DNA of 64,000 nucleotides from Christensenellaceae bacterium (GCA_045612585.1 JAZKZI010000048.1:2797-66796); one strand, 5' to 3'. Counted from the first letter of the stretch, positions 39,152 to 48,969 are shown. Notes: generated by a model not told the origin, from the sequence alone. Numbers and translations: made by a program.

Positions 39152-40465
39152 ATGAATTTATTTGATATATTAAATGAACAAAACGCAAATGCAAATATCC
39201 CACTTGCAGAAAGAATGAGGGCAAAAACACTATCAGATTTCGTTGGTCAAGAACATATTGCAAAAGAAACGAGTTTGCTTAGAAGGGCTATTAAACTTGA
39301 TAGGCTTGGCAGTTGTATTTTTTGGGGGCCACCAGGCTGTGGCAAAACAACGCTTGCAAACGTTATTGCAAACAGCACCAACAATAATTTTGTAAAGTTA
39401 AACGCCGTTAGTAGTGGCGTTAATGACGTGAAACAGGTTGTAGAAAAAGCCAGAGAGTCGTTAAAACTTTATGGTAAGAAAACCTATCTACTTCTCGATG
39501 AATGTCATAGGTTTAACAAAACACAAAGTGATAGTTTGCTTCCTGCTATTGAGCAAGGGGATATTATTTTTATAGGTTCAACAACCGAAAATCCTTATGC
39601 TTCAATGACCCCTGCTATCGTTTCTAGATGCAGGGTGTTTGAACTTAAAAAATTAACCGAAAAAGATATTGTCGGAGCATTAAACAAGGCGCTTAACGAC
39701 AAGGAAAAGGGGCTTGGAAACTATGACCTTTGCGTTAGCGAACAGGCAATAAAACATATTGCACGCATGGCTGACGGCGATTTAAGGGTGGCATACAATG
39801 CTTTAGAGCTTGCTTGCTTAACAACAAACCCTGATAAAAACGGAAAAATTAATGTCACTTTAAAAGATGCTGAAGAATCTATTCAACAAAAGGCAATGTC
39901 TTATGACGTGAATTTATATTACGATATACTTTCGGCATTTTGCAAAAGTTTAAGGGGAAGCGACTCAGATGCAGCGCTATACTATATGCAAAGGCTTATC
40001 CAAGGCGGGTGCGACCCACTCTTGCTTGCAAGAAGGCTAATCGTTCACTCGGCAGAAGACGTGGGGTTGGCAGACCCTAATGCTTTGATAGTTGCAACAA
40101 ACGCAATGCTTGCGTTTGAAAGGTTAGGGCTCCCAGAAGGGCTTATCCCACTATCCGAAGCAGTAATTTACGTGTGCGAGGCAGAAAAATCAAACAGTGT
40201 TGTAGAGGCTATGCAACTTGCAAAGGAAGATGCAATTAAAGAAAAGGACGACAATATTCCTGCGCACTTAAAAAATTATGAGTTTGCATCAAAAGAAGAC
40301 AAAGAGAAAAAAGGGCTTTATAAATATCCACATAACTATGGTGGATACGTAGAGCAACAATATTTGCCAGATAAACTTGTTGGCAAAAAATATTATATTC
40401 CAAAAGATAACGGATACGAAAAAACAGTAAAACAAATAAGAAGGAATAAAGGCAAAAAGGTATAA
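39152..40465 (+). CDS. rarA: Replication-associated recombination protein A (AAA+ ATPase)
   Basis: GPPGCGKTTLA, LLLDECHRFNK and the MgsA C-terminal domain. Confidence 0.95.
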   Translation: MNLFDILNEQNANANIPLAERMRAKTLSDFVGQEHIAKETSLLRRAIKLDRLGSCIFWGPPGCGKTTLANVIANSTNNNFVKLNAVSSGVNDVKQVVEKARESLKLYGKKTYLLLDECHRFNKTQSDSLLPAIEQGDIIFIGSTTENPYASMTPAIVSRCRVFELKKLTEKDIVGALNKALNDKEKGLGNYDLCVSEQAIKHIARMADGDLRVAYNALELACLTTNPDKNGKINVTLKDAEESIQQKAMSYDVNLYYDILSAFCKSLRGSDSDAALYYMQRLIQGGCDPLLLARRLIVHSAEDVGLADPNALIVATNAMLAFERLGLPEGLIPLSEAVIYVCEAEKSNSVVEAMQLAKEDAIKEKDDNIPAHLKNYEFASKEDKEKKGLYKYPHNYGGYVEQQYLPDKLVGKKYYIPKDNGYEKTVKQIRRNKGKKV

Positions 40466-40466
40466 C

Positions 40467-42755
40467 ATGGACTATTCATTAAAACTCAGCAAAGAATTTA
40501 ACCTAAAAGTAGAACACTCAGCAAATATTATAAGACTAATTGAAGAAGGCAACACCATTCCATTTATCGCGAGATATAGAAAAGAACAAACGGGTTCTTG
40601 CGACGACCAAGTTTTAAGGGAATTTGCAGATAGGCTTAAATATTTGGGCAACCTTGATAAGAGAAAGCAAGAGATTGCCGATTCTATCACAGAACAAGGC
40701 AAGATGACCGATGAAATTATGATTGCTCTTGGCTCTGCAGAAACTTTAACCGAAGCTGAAGATATTTATCGCCCATTTAAGCAAAAGAGAAAGACAAGGG
40801 CGTCTATGGCTATCGAAAAGGGACTTATGCCACTTGCAGAGTTTATTTTAGAGCAAAATATAGGCGTGGACTTAGATAAAAAAGCAAGCGAATTTATTAG
40901 CGAAGAAAAGGGTGTTGAAACAAAAGATAGTGCTATCGCCGGTGCATCTGATATTATTGCAGAAAAGATTTCTGACGATGCCGAGCTTAGAAAAGTGCTT
41001 AGAAAAAAGGTTTTCGATTTAGGGGCTATAGCTTGCAAACTTTTAGAAAACGAAAATGCAAAAACATACGACATGTATGCTGAGTATAACGAAAAAATCC
41101 AAAAAATCCCATCACACAGAATTTTGGCAATCAACCGTGGCGAAAAGGAAGAGTGCTTAAAAGTAAACGTTGTTGTTGAAACAGAAGAATTTATAAAAGA
41201 AATAACAAATGCTTACGTTAAAAATGATGATAGGTGTGCCCAAATCGTTAAAGATGCAGGTACTGATGCTTATTCAAGACTTATCTTCCCATCAATCGAA
41301 AGAGAAGTAAGAAGCGAACTTACCGAAAAAGCAAGCGAACAAGCAATTAAAATGTTTGAAGTTAACCTTCGTCCATTACTTCTTCAACCACCACTAAAGG
41401 GCAAAACCATTTTAGGGTTAGACCCAGCGTATAGAACGGGTTGTAAAATCGCAGTTATTGACTCGGAAGGCAACGTTTTAGACACGGCTGTCGTTTTCCC
41501 AACCCCACCACAAAACAAGATAGAAGAAGCAAGCAAAACCTTGCTTTCACTTATAAAAAAACACAACGTTTCAATTATTTCAATAGGTAATGGAACTGCA
41601 AGTAAAGAATCGGAAATATTTGTTGCAAACCTAATTAAAGATAGTGGCTTAGCCCTTTCTTATGCCGTTGTAAACGAAGCAGGCGCATCTGTTTATAGCG
41701 CAAGCAAACTCGGTGCAGAAGAATTCCCAGACTTTGAGCCAGCACAAAGAAGTGCCGTTTCTATTGCAAGAAGACTTCAAGACCCACTCGCTGAACTTAT
41801 TAAAATTGACGTTAAGTCAATCGGCGTAGGTCAATATCAACACGATATGCCAGAAGCAAGGCTTACCGAAGTTTTAGGTGGCGTTGTTGAAGATTGCGTT
41901 AACAGTGTTGGCGTGGACTTAAACACGGCATCGCCAAGTCTACTTTCTTACGTTGCAGGCTTAAACAAAGGCATTGCAAAAGAGATTGTTAAGTATAGGG
42001 CAGAAAAGCCATTTAGTAAGAGAGAAGACTTGCTTAAGGTTAAAAAGCTCGGTGCAAAAGCATTTGAGCAATGCGCAGGCTTTTTAAGAATCGTTGGGGG
42101 TAACGTGCTTGACAACACGGGCGTTCACCCAGAAAGTTATGTGGCAACGCAAAAACTTCTTGACTTTACAGGCTATACTTTAGAAGACGTTGCAAACGGA
42201 AAAATCGGCGACATTAAAGACCGAATCAATAAAATGAGCATAGAAAAGACAGCAGAGTTTTGCGAAATAGGCGTTCCAACCTTAAACGATATAGTAAGTG
42301 AACTATTAAAACCGGGTAGGGATATTCGTGATAGCCTTCCAAAGCCAATTTTAAGAAGTGACTTAATGGACCTTGCAGACTTAAAAGAAGGCATGGAAAT
42401 AAACGGCACGGTTAGAAACGTTATAGACTTTGGCGTGTTCGTTGATATCGGCGTGCATCAAGACGGCTTAGTGCATATCTCTCAAATAAGCGATGGATAT
42501 ATTAAGCACCCATCAGACGTTTTAAAAGTTGGCGACTTAGTTAAGGTTAAAGTTTTAGGTGTTGACACCGTAAAGAAGAAAATTTCGCTCACAATGAAAA
42601 CGGCAGACCTGCCTAACGGAATTGCTGTTAGCAACAATAAAACCGACAAGGAAAGAAAGCAAGGAAGAATTGATGCTAACAAGAAAAAAGAGCAAAGAAA
42701 GCAAATGTCAGATAAAGACTTAAAAGAATATCTATTAAGAAAATTCGGTAGATAA
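40467..42755 (+). CDS. tex: Tex-like transcription accessory protein with a C-terminal S1 domain
   Basis: N-terminal IPFIARYRKE, YqgF-like and HhH regions, S1 domain GTVRNVIDFGVFVDIG. Confidence 0.9.
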   Translation: MDYSLKLSKEFNLKVEHSANIIRLIEEGNTIPFIARYRKEQTGSCDDQVLREFADRLKYLGNLDKRKQEIADSITEQGKMTDEIMIALGSAETLTEAEDIYRPFKQKRKTRASMAIEKGLMPLAEFILEQNIGVDLDKKASEFISEEKGVETKDSAIAGASDIIAEKISDDAELRKVLRKKVFDLGAIACKLLENENAKTYDMYAEYNEKIQKIPSHRILAINRGEKEECLKVNVVVETEEFIKEITNAYVKNDDRCAQIVKDAGTDAYSRLIFPSIEREVRSELTEKASEQAIKMFEVNLRPLLLQPPLKGKTILGLDPAYRTGCKIAVIDSEGNVLDTAVVFPTPPQNKIEEASKTLLSLIKKHNVSIISIGNGTASKESEIFVANLIKDSGLALSYAVVNEAGASVYSASKLGAEEFPDFEPAQRSAVSIARRLQDPLAELIKIDVKSIGVGQYQHDMPEARLTEVLGGVVEDCVNSVGVDLNTASPSLLSYVAGLNKGIAKEIVKYRAEKPFSKREDLLKVKKLGAKAFEQCAGFLRIVGGNVLDNTGVHPESYVATQKLLDFTGYTLEDVANGKIGDIKDRINKMSIEKTAEFCEIGVPTLNDIVSELLKPGRDIRDSLPKPILRSDLMDLADLKEGMEINGTVRNVIDFGVFVDIGVHQDGLVHISQISDGYIKHPSDVLKVGDLVKVKVLGVDTVKKKISLTMKTADLPNGIAVSNNKTDKERKQGRIDANKKKEQRKQMSDKDLKEYLLRKFGR

Positions 42756-42848
42756 ACAAAAATTATAGAATATTTTTTATAAATTTAGCGTAAAAACAAA
42801 ATAGCCTAAAAATATTTAAAAATTTTTGGTTATTACTGGCATATTCTA

Positions 42849-42876
42849 TTGACAAATTAAAATAGTCGTGTATAAT
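42849..42876 (+). promoter_or_regulatory. groESL sigma-A promoter
   Basis: TTGACA (42849-42854), 16 nt, TATAAT (42871-42876). Confidence 0.65.
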
Positions 42877-42881
42877 TAGTG

Positions 42882-42908
42882 TTAGCACTTTAACCTAGAG
42901 AGTGCTAA
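42882..42908 (+). promoter_or_regulatory. CIRCE operator (HrcA binding site)
   Basis: TTAGCACTT-N9-GAGTGCTAA, one mismatch from the TTAGCACTC-N9-GAGTGCTAA consensus, right after the -10. Confidence 0.9.
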
Positions 42909-42947
42909 AATTGACAAAACAAGAAACAAAGAATAAGGAGTATATAT

Positions 42948-43232
42948 ATGAAGGTTAAACCATTGTTCGACAAAGTAGTTGTTGAAAGTTTGGAAATTCA
43001 AGAAAAAACACAAAGTGGCTTTTATTTGCCAACTGCATCACAAGAAAAGCAACAAATGGCAAAGATAATTGCTGTTGGCCCTGGTGGCATTGTTGACGGC
43101 AAAGAAATCGTTATGCAAGTTAAAGAAGGGGACGTAATTTTATATTCAAAATATGCAGGCAGTGAATTTAAAGTTGACGGCAAGGAATTAACAATTATTC
43201 GTCAAAGCGACATTTTGGCGATTGTAGAATAA
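42948..43232 (+). CDS. groES: Co-chaperonin GroES
   Basis: MKVKPLFDKVVV...; 94 aa. Confidence 0.97.
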   Translation: MKVKPLFDKVVVESLEIQEKTQSGFYLPTASQEKQQMAKIIAVGPGGIVDGKEIVMQVKEGDVILYSKYAGSEFKVDGKELTIIRQSDILAIVE

Positions 43233-44870
<1,638 letters not shown>

Positions 44871-45009
44871 AATGCCTTATAAACTTCGTTGCAGGTCGTT
44901 TACTGCTTTATCAAAACGACTTCAATGACCAAACGGTCTATTTCATCCGTTTTGATAAGCGAGCCTACTGCAACTCGTTTCTAATGCTTTTTAAGGCAAA
45001 AAAACAACC

Positions 45010-45042
45010 AAAAGGGGAAGACATTTTATAAATGCCTTCCCC
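45010..45042 (-). terminator. Hairpin inside the repeat, oriented as a minus-strand terminator
   Basis: ggggaagaca/tgccttcccc: an A-C mismatch on the plus strand becomes G-U on the minus strand, where T4 and then ggttgT7 follow. Confidence 0.45.
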
Positions 45043-45190
45043 TTAACAATCCCTAACTGTAAAACTCCTCAAACCCCTAACCCCTTAATCTTTAAGGGGT
45101 GTGTGGACAAAAGATTTTATAGTTAAAGATTAGCGAGCCTTGCTTAACTCGTTTCTAATGCTTTTTAGGGCAATATAAAAACAATGAAAA

Positions 45191-45221
45191 GGGAAGGCAT
45201 TTATAAAATGTCTTCCCTTTT
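45191..45221 (+). terminator. Twin hairpin oriented as a plus-strand terminator
   Basis: gggaaggca/tgtcttccc (G-U on the plus strand) followed by T4. Confidence 0.5.
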
Positions 45222-45266
45222 AATAATTGTTGGCGACTAACGAAGTTAGCTTTTTATAAAATATTA

Positions 45267-45311
45267 ACACTAATTTTAGTGTATGTCAAATAAAAACACT
45301 TAATTTAGTGT
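45267..45311. promoter_or_regulatory. Two 16-bp palindromic operator candidates upstream of the 67-aa XRE gene
   Basis: ACACTAATTTTAGTGT (45267-45282) and ACACTTAATTTAGTGT (45296-45311), centres 29 bp apart. Confidence 0.55.
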
Positions 45312-45322
45312 AATATTTTTAT

Positions 45323-45526
45323 ATGGCAACATTAGGGAATAATTTAAAAAATTTAAGAAAGATAAAAAACATAAGCCAAGTTGAGTTTGCTAAAAAAATG
45401 CAAACTACACAACAGCGTGTAAGTGAATGGGAATGTGATAAGGTTGAGCCATCGCTTTATAACATCATCAAAATTCTCAAAATATTGGAGATAAGTTTTG
45501 AAGAGCTTGTTGATGGGATAAAATAG
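45323..45526 (+). CDS. Small XRE-family HTH regulator
   Basis: LGNNLKNLRKIKNISQVEFAKKMQTTQQRVSEWECDKVEPSLYNIIKILKILEISFEELV. Confidence 0.85.
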   Translation: MATLGNNLKNLRKIKNISQVEFAKKMQTTQQRVSEWECDKVEPSLYNIIKILKILEISFEELVDGIK

Positions 45527-45577
45527 CAAACAATAAGCTTGTTTAAATTAAATGGTTTTAATTTTAGTTAAAAACAA

Positions 45578-45611
45578 AAAAACTCTCGGTGAAATGCCGA
45601 GAGTTTTGTTT
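45578..45611. terminator. Bidirectional terminator (XRE / fba)
   Basis: aactctcgg-tgaaatg-ccgagagtt with A- and T-tracts. Confidence 0.85.
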
Positions 45612-45636
45612 TTTGATTTTTAGTTATGCAACTAAA

Positions 45637-46617
45637 TTATTTGCATTCGTCTGCTTTGCCAGCACAACCAAGAACGTTTTTGAGCTTATGTCTAACGATT
45701 TCTTTGATGTTAGCACGAGCAGGTTTTAAATATTCTCTTGGGTCGAACTTGTCTGGTTTTTCGTTGAAGAATTGACGGATTGTACCTGTCATTGCTAAAC
45801 GAAGGTCAGAGTCGATATTGATTTTGCAAACTGAAAGTGTTGCAGCCTTTCTTAATTGTTCTTCTGGAACACCGATAGCATCTGGCATTTTACCACCGTT
45901 TTCGTTTACCATCTTAACGTAGTCTTGTGGAACTGAAGATGAGCCGTGTAATACGATAGGGAAACCAGGGAGCTTTTTAGAAACTGCTTCTAAGATATCA
46001 AAACGAAGTGCTGGTGGAACTAAAATACCTTCTTCGTTTCTTGTGCATTGTTCTGGCTTAAATTTATAAGCGCCGTGTGATGTACCGATAGCGATAGCGA
46101 GTGAGTCAACGCCTGTTCTTTCAACGAATTCGATAACTTCTTCTGGTTTTGTATAACTTTCAGAGCCGTGTTCAACCTTTACGTCGTCTTCGATACCAGC
46201 AAGTGTGCCGAGTTCGCCTTCAACTGTAACGCCACGAGCGTGAGCATATTCAACAACTTTCTTTGTGAGTTCGATGTTTTCTTCAAAAGGAAGGTGTGAG
46301 CCGTCAATCATAACTGATGTAAAGCCACCATCGATACAAGACTTACATGTTTCGAAGTCTGGACCGTGGTCAAGGTGCAATACGATAGGAATTTCTGGAC
46401 ATTCCTTAACAGCTGCTTCTACAAGTTTAACAAGGTATGTGTGGTTAGCATAAGCTCTTGCGCCCTTTGATACTTGCAAAATAACAGGTGCGTTTTCTTC
46501 TTTACAAGCTTCGGTAATACCTTGAACGATTTCCATGTTGTTAACATTGAAAGCGCCGATAGCATAGCCGTTCTTATAAGCCATTTCAAACATTTTCTTT
46601 GAGTTTACTAATGCCAT
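45637..46617 (-). CDS. fba: Fructose-1,6-bisphosphate aldolase, class II
   Basis: LHLDHG and IAIGTSHGAYK motifs; SD GGAGG 8 nt before the ATG at 46617. Confidence 0.95.
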   Translation of the reverse strand: MALVNSKKMFEMAYKNGYAIGAFNVNNMEIVQGITEACKEENAPVILQVSKGARAYANHTYLVKLVEAAVKECPEIPIVLHLDHGPDFETCKSCIDGGFTSVMIDGSHLPFEENIELTKKVVEYAHARGVTVEGELGTLAGIEDDVKVEHGSESYTKPEEVIEFVERTGVDSLAIAIGTSHGAYKFKPEQCTRNEEGILVPPALRFDILEAVSKKLPGFPIVLHGSSSVPQDYVKMVNENGGKMPDAIGVPEEQLRKAATLSVCKINIDSDLRLAMTGTIRQFFNEKPDKFDPREYLKPARANIKEIVRHKLKNVLGCAGKADECK

Positions 46618-46806
46618 AATAATAGCCTCCAAATAATATATATATAATTTTTTTGCGTAATTTTGTCGGTTTTATTCCCAACAACTAATATAATATCATT
46701 TTTTTTGCAATTAAGCAAATATTTTTTTATTTTAATCAAAAATACTTTATAAAAAAACCAATTAGTTGTATAATTGATGTGTAAATAAAATATAAAAGGT
46801 GTTTTT

Positions 46807-47922
46807 ATGCAAGATAATAGAATTTTGAAACTCGCAAACGTGCTTATAAACTATTCTTGTGCTCTAAAAAAGGGCGAAAAGGTTTTAATCGAGGCAAAGG
46901 GCATTGACTATATGCTTGTTAACGCTTTGGTTGACGAGGCTTATAAGGTTGGGGCATATCCATTTGTAGAACTTTATGACAATAGAATAACAAGAAAATT
47001 ACTTATGGGTCAAACCGAAGAGCAAGCAAAACTAAGGGCTAAATACGATGGCTATCGCATGGCTGAAATGGATGCTTATATCGGTATTCGTGGTGGAGAG
47101 AATTGCAACGAACTCTCTGACGTTCCAGAAGATAAAATGAAAGCCGAAAGCGAATATTATTCTCACCCTGTGCATCACGAACTTAGGGTTAAAAAGACCA
47201 AGTGGGTTGTTTTAAGATACCCAACTGAGGGCATGGCTCAAAGCGCAGGCATGAGCACTGATGCCTTTGAAGAATTTTACTTTAACGTTTGCACTTTAGA
47301 CTATTCAAAAATGGATAGGGCAATGGATGCGTTAAAGAAAAGACTAGATAGTGCCGACAAGGTTAGAATCATCGCAAAAGATACCGACATAAGTTTTTCT
47401 ATCAAAGGTATTGGCAGTCAAAAATGTTCTGGAAGCAGAAATATTCCAGACGGCGAAATTTACACAGCACCGATTAAGGACAGCGTTAACGGAACAATCA
47501 CTTATAACACACCATCTGTTGAAAACGGATTTAAGTTTGAAAACGTTAGCTTAACTTTTAAGGACGGAAAGATTATAAAAGCAACAGCAAACGACACCGA
47601 AAAGGTAAACGCCATTTTTGACACCGATGAAGGTGCAAGATACGTTGGCGAGTTTGCATTTGGCGTTAACCCTTATATCAAAAACCCTATGGGAGATATT
47701 CTTTTTGATGAAAAAATATCTGGCTCTATCCACTTTACACCGGGTTGTTGCTATGATGAGTGTTATAACGGAAATATCTCGGCACTCCATTGGGATTTAG
47801 TGCAAATTCAAACAAAAGAATATGGTGGTGGGGAAATTTATCTCGACGGCGAACTAATTAGAAAAGACGGCTTATTCGTGACAGATGACCTATTATGCCT
47901 AAACCCAGAAAATCTTAAATAA
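46807..47922 (+). CDS. M29-family aminopeptidase (AmpS/PepS type)
   Basis: 371 aa; ...IPDGEIYTAP... and GEFAFGVNP motifs typical of thermophilic-metalloprotease M29. Confidence 0.88.
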   Translation: MQDNRILKLANVLINYSCALKKGEKVLIEAKGIDYMLVNALVDEAYKVGAYPFVELYDNRITRKLLMGQTEEQAKLRAKYDGYRMAEMDAYIGIRGGENCNELSDVPEDKMKAESEYYSHPVHHELRVKKTKWVVLRYPTEGMAQSAGMSTDAFEEFYFNVCTLDYSKMDRAMDALKKRLDSADKVRIIAKDTDISFSIKGIGSQKCSGSRNIPDGEIYTAPIKDSVNGTITYNTPSVENGFKFENVSLTFKDGKIIKATANDTEKVNAIFDTDEGARYVGEFAFGVNPYIKNPMGDILFDEKISGSIHFTPGCCYDECYNGNISALHWDLVQIQTKEYGGGEIYLDGELIRKDGLFVTDDLLCLNPENLK

Positions 47923-47942
47923 ATCTTGTAAAAATAAAGCCA

Positions 47943-47976
47943 AAAAGGCACTCGCAAAAAAGCAAGTGCCTTTTTT
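47943..47976. terminator. Hairpin with T6 shared by convergent genes
   Basis: ggcactcgc-aaaaaa-gcaagtgcc followed by T6. Confidence 0.7.
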
Positions 47977-48257
47977 CATACTAAAATTTTTATTTCTGCA
48001 TTATTATTGTCGCACTCTAGAACAATAACATTATGACTAAAATTGCAATCAAGGACACCTTTAATATAGTCCACCAAATTAGGCAAATCTTGTAAATAAA
48101 TATTTTCTGCGATGCAATCCTTGTCTAAAAAATTGTGAAAATAGATTGTTGCATTTTTTTCATTTAATTTTATAGTTAATTTATTTTTATCTATAAAAAA
48201 CTCGTTTAATGTTTCTAATTTTAATGCTGCTGCTAAAATTTCTTTAATTGTTCTCAA
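47976..48257 (-). CDS. Hypothetical small protein (orphan), divergent from a tandem-HTH regulator
   Basis: ORF with SD GAGGTGA 6 nt before the TTG at 48257 (the track ORF starts 3 codons earlier at a GTG); no recognisable family. Confidence 0.55.
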   Translation of the reverse strand: MRTIKEILAAALKLETLNEFFIDKNKLTIKLNEKNATIYFHNFLDKDCIAENIYLQDLPNLVDYIKGVLDCNFSHNVIVLECDNNNAEIKILV

Positions 48258-48364
48258 CTTTATCACCTCAAATTGTTTTTTTTATATTTTACACCCTCAC
48301 AACTCTCTAATGCAACAAAAAATATTAAAAATTTGTTAAAAAGATAGAGAGTAGTGTGGGTTTT

Positions 48365-48384
48365 ATTGTCGATATATGTCGAAA
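48365..48384. promoter_or_regulatory. Double TGTCGA direct-repeat motif (copy 1)
   Basis: ATTGTCGATATATGTCGAAA, half-sites 10 bp apart; 17/20 identical to 51370-51389. Confidence 0.5.
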
Positions 48385-48406
48385 ACAAAATAATTAGGGT
48401 AAAAAT

Positions 48407-48847
48407 ATGAAGTTTAAGCAAAGATTAACAGAACTTTTAAAAGAAAATGGATTAAACAGATTAAAATTAGCAAATAAAATAGGTGTGTCTTCAACCACAA
48501 TCAATGGATATTTTAATGATAATTATTATCCGAGAATTGATGTTGCTGTTAAGATGGCAAAAGAGTTTAATTGTTCGCTTGATTATTTGTTTGGTTTAGA
48601 TGACGAAAATTTTGATGGCTTTGTCGTAAATAATTTAAATTCTTTTATACAAAACTTTGATATTTTATTAAAGCAAAATAACTTATCTATTATGGGTGCA
48701 TTAAAACAAATGAACTTAGGGGAATATGATTATTATAGATGGAAGAAAGGAATGTTCCCAAAGACTTCTAACTTAATAGTAATTGCTAAATTTTTTAATG
48801 TTAGTTTGGATATGTTAGTTGGAGATTCCTTAAATATAGATATTTAA
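48407..48847 (+). CDS. Regulator with two tandem XRE-type HTH domains
   Basis: Domain 1 FKQRLTELLKENGLNRLKLANKIGVSSTTINGYF...SLDYLFG; domain 2 FDILLKQNNLSIMGALKQMNLGEYDYYRWKKG...SLDMLVG. Confidence 0.8.
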   Translation: MKFKQRLTELLKENGLNRLKLANKIGVSSTTINGYFNDNYYPRIDVAVKMAKEFNCSLDYLFGLDDENFDGFVVNNLNSFIQNFDILLKQNNLSIMGALKQMNLGEYDYYRWKKGMFPKTSNLIVIAKFFNVSLDMLVGDSLNIDI

Positions 48848-48912
48848 GAAGCAAATTATTTTAATAAATTTGGTTTAAATTAAAAAACAAAAAGAAAATG
48901 CCATAAAAATGT

Positions 48913-48941
48913 TTGACTTAAAGTTTTTTTATATATATAAT
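48913..48941 (+). promoter_or_regulatory. gap sigma-A promoter
   Basis: TTGACT (48913-48918), 17 nt, TATAAT (48936-48941). Confidence 0.6.
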
Positions 48942-48950
48942 ATATAAGAC

Positions 48951-48969
48951 GAAATTTGGTCAAAATTTC
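48951..48969. promoter_or_regulatory. Perfect inverted repeat GAAATTT-N5-AAATTTC just downstream of the gap -10
   Basis: 7-bp arms read directly; 10 nt after the -10 hexamer. Confidence 0.45.

Larger units (their letters stand above)
44882..45248. repeat. Non-coding modular repeat element with 9-bp perfect terminal inverted repeats (long copy)
   Basis: AACTTCGTT (44882-44890) is the reverse complement of AACGAAGTT (45240-45248); the internal modules recur at 50105-50291. Confidence 0.6.

Noticed and set aside
44959-45171. S-module repeats as a degenerate CRISPR array
   Set aside because: There are only two copies per locus, with irregular spacing (174 nt and 47 nt), the repeats are imperfect, and no cas genes or leader are present.
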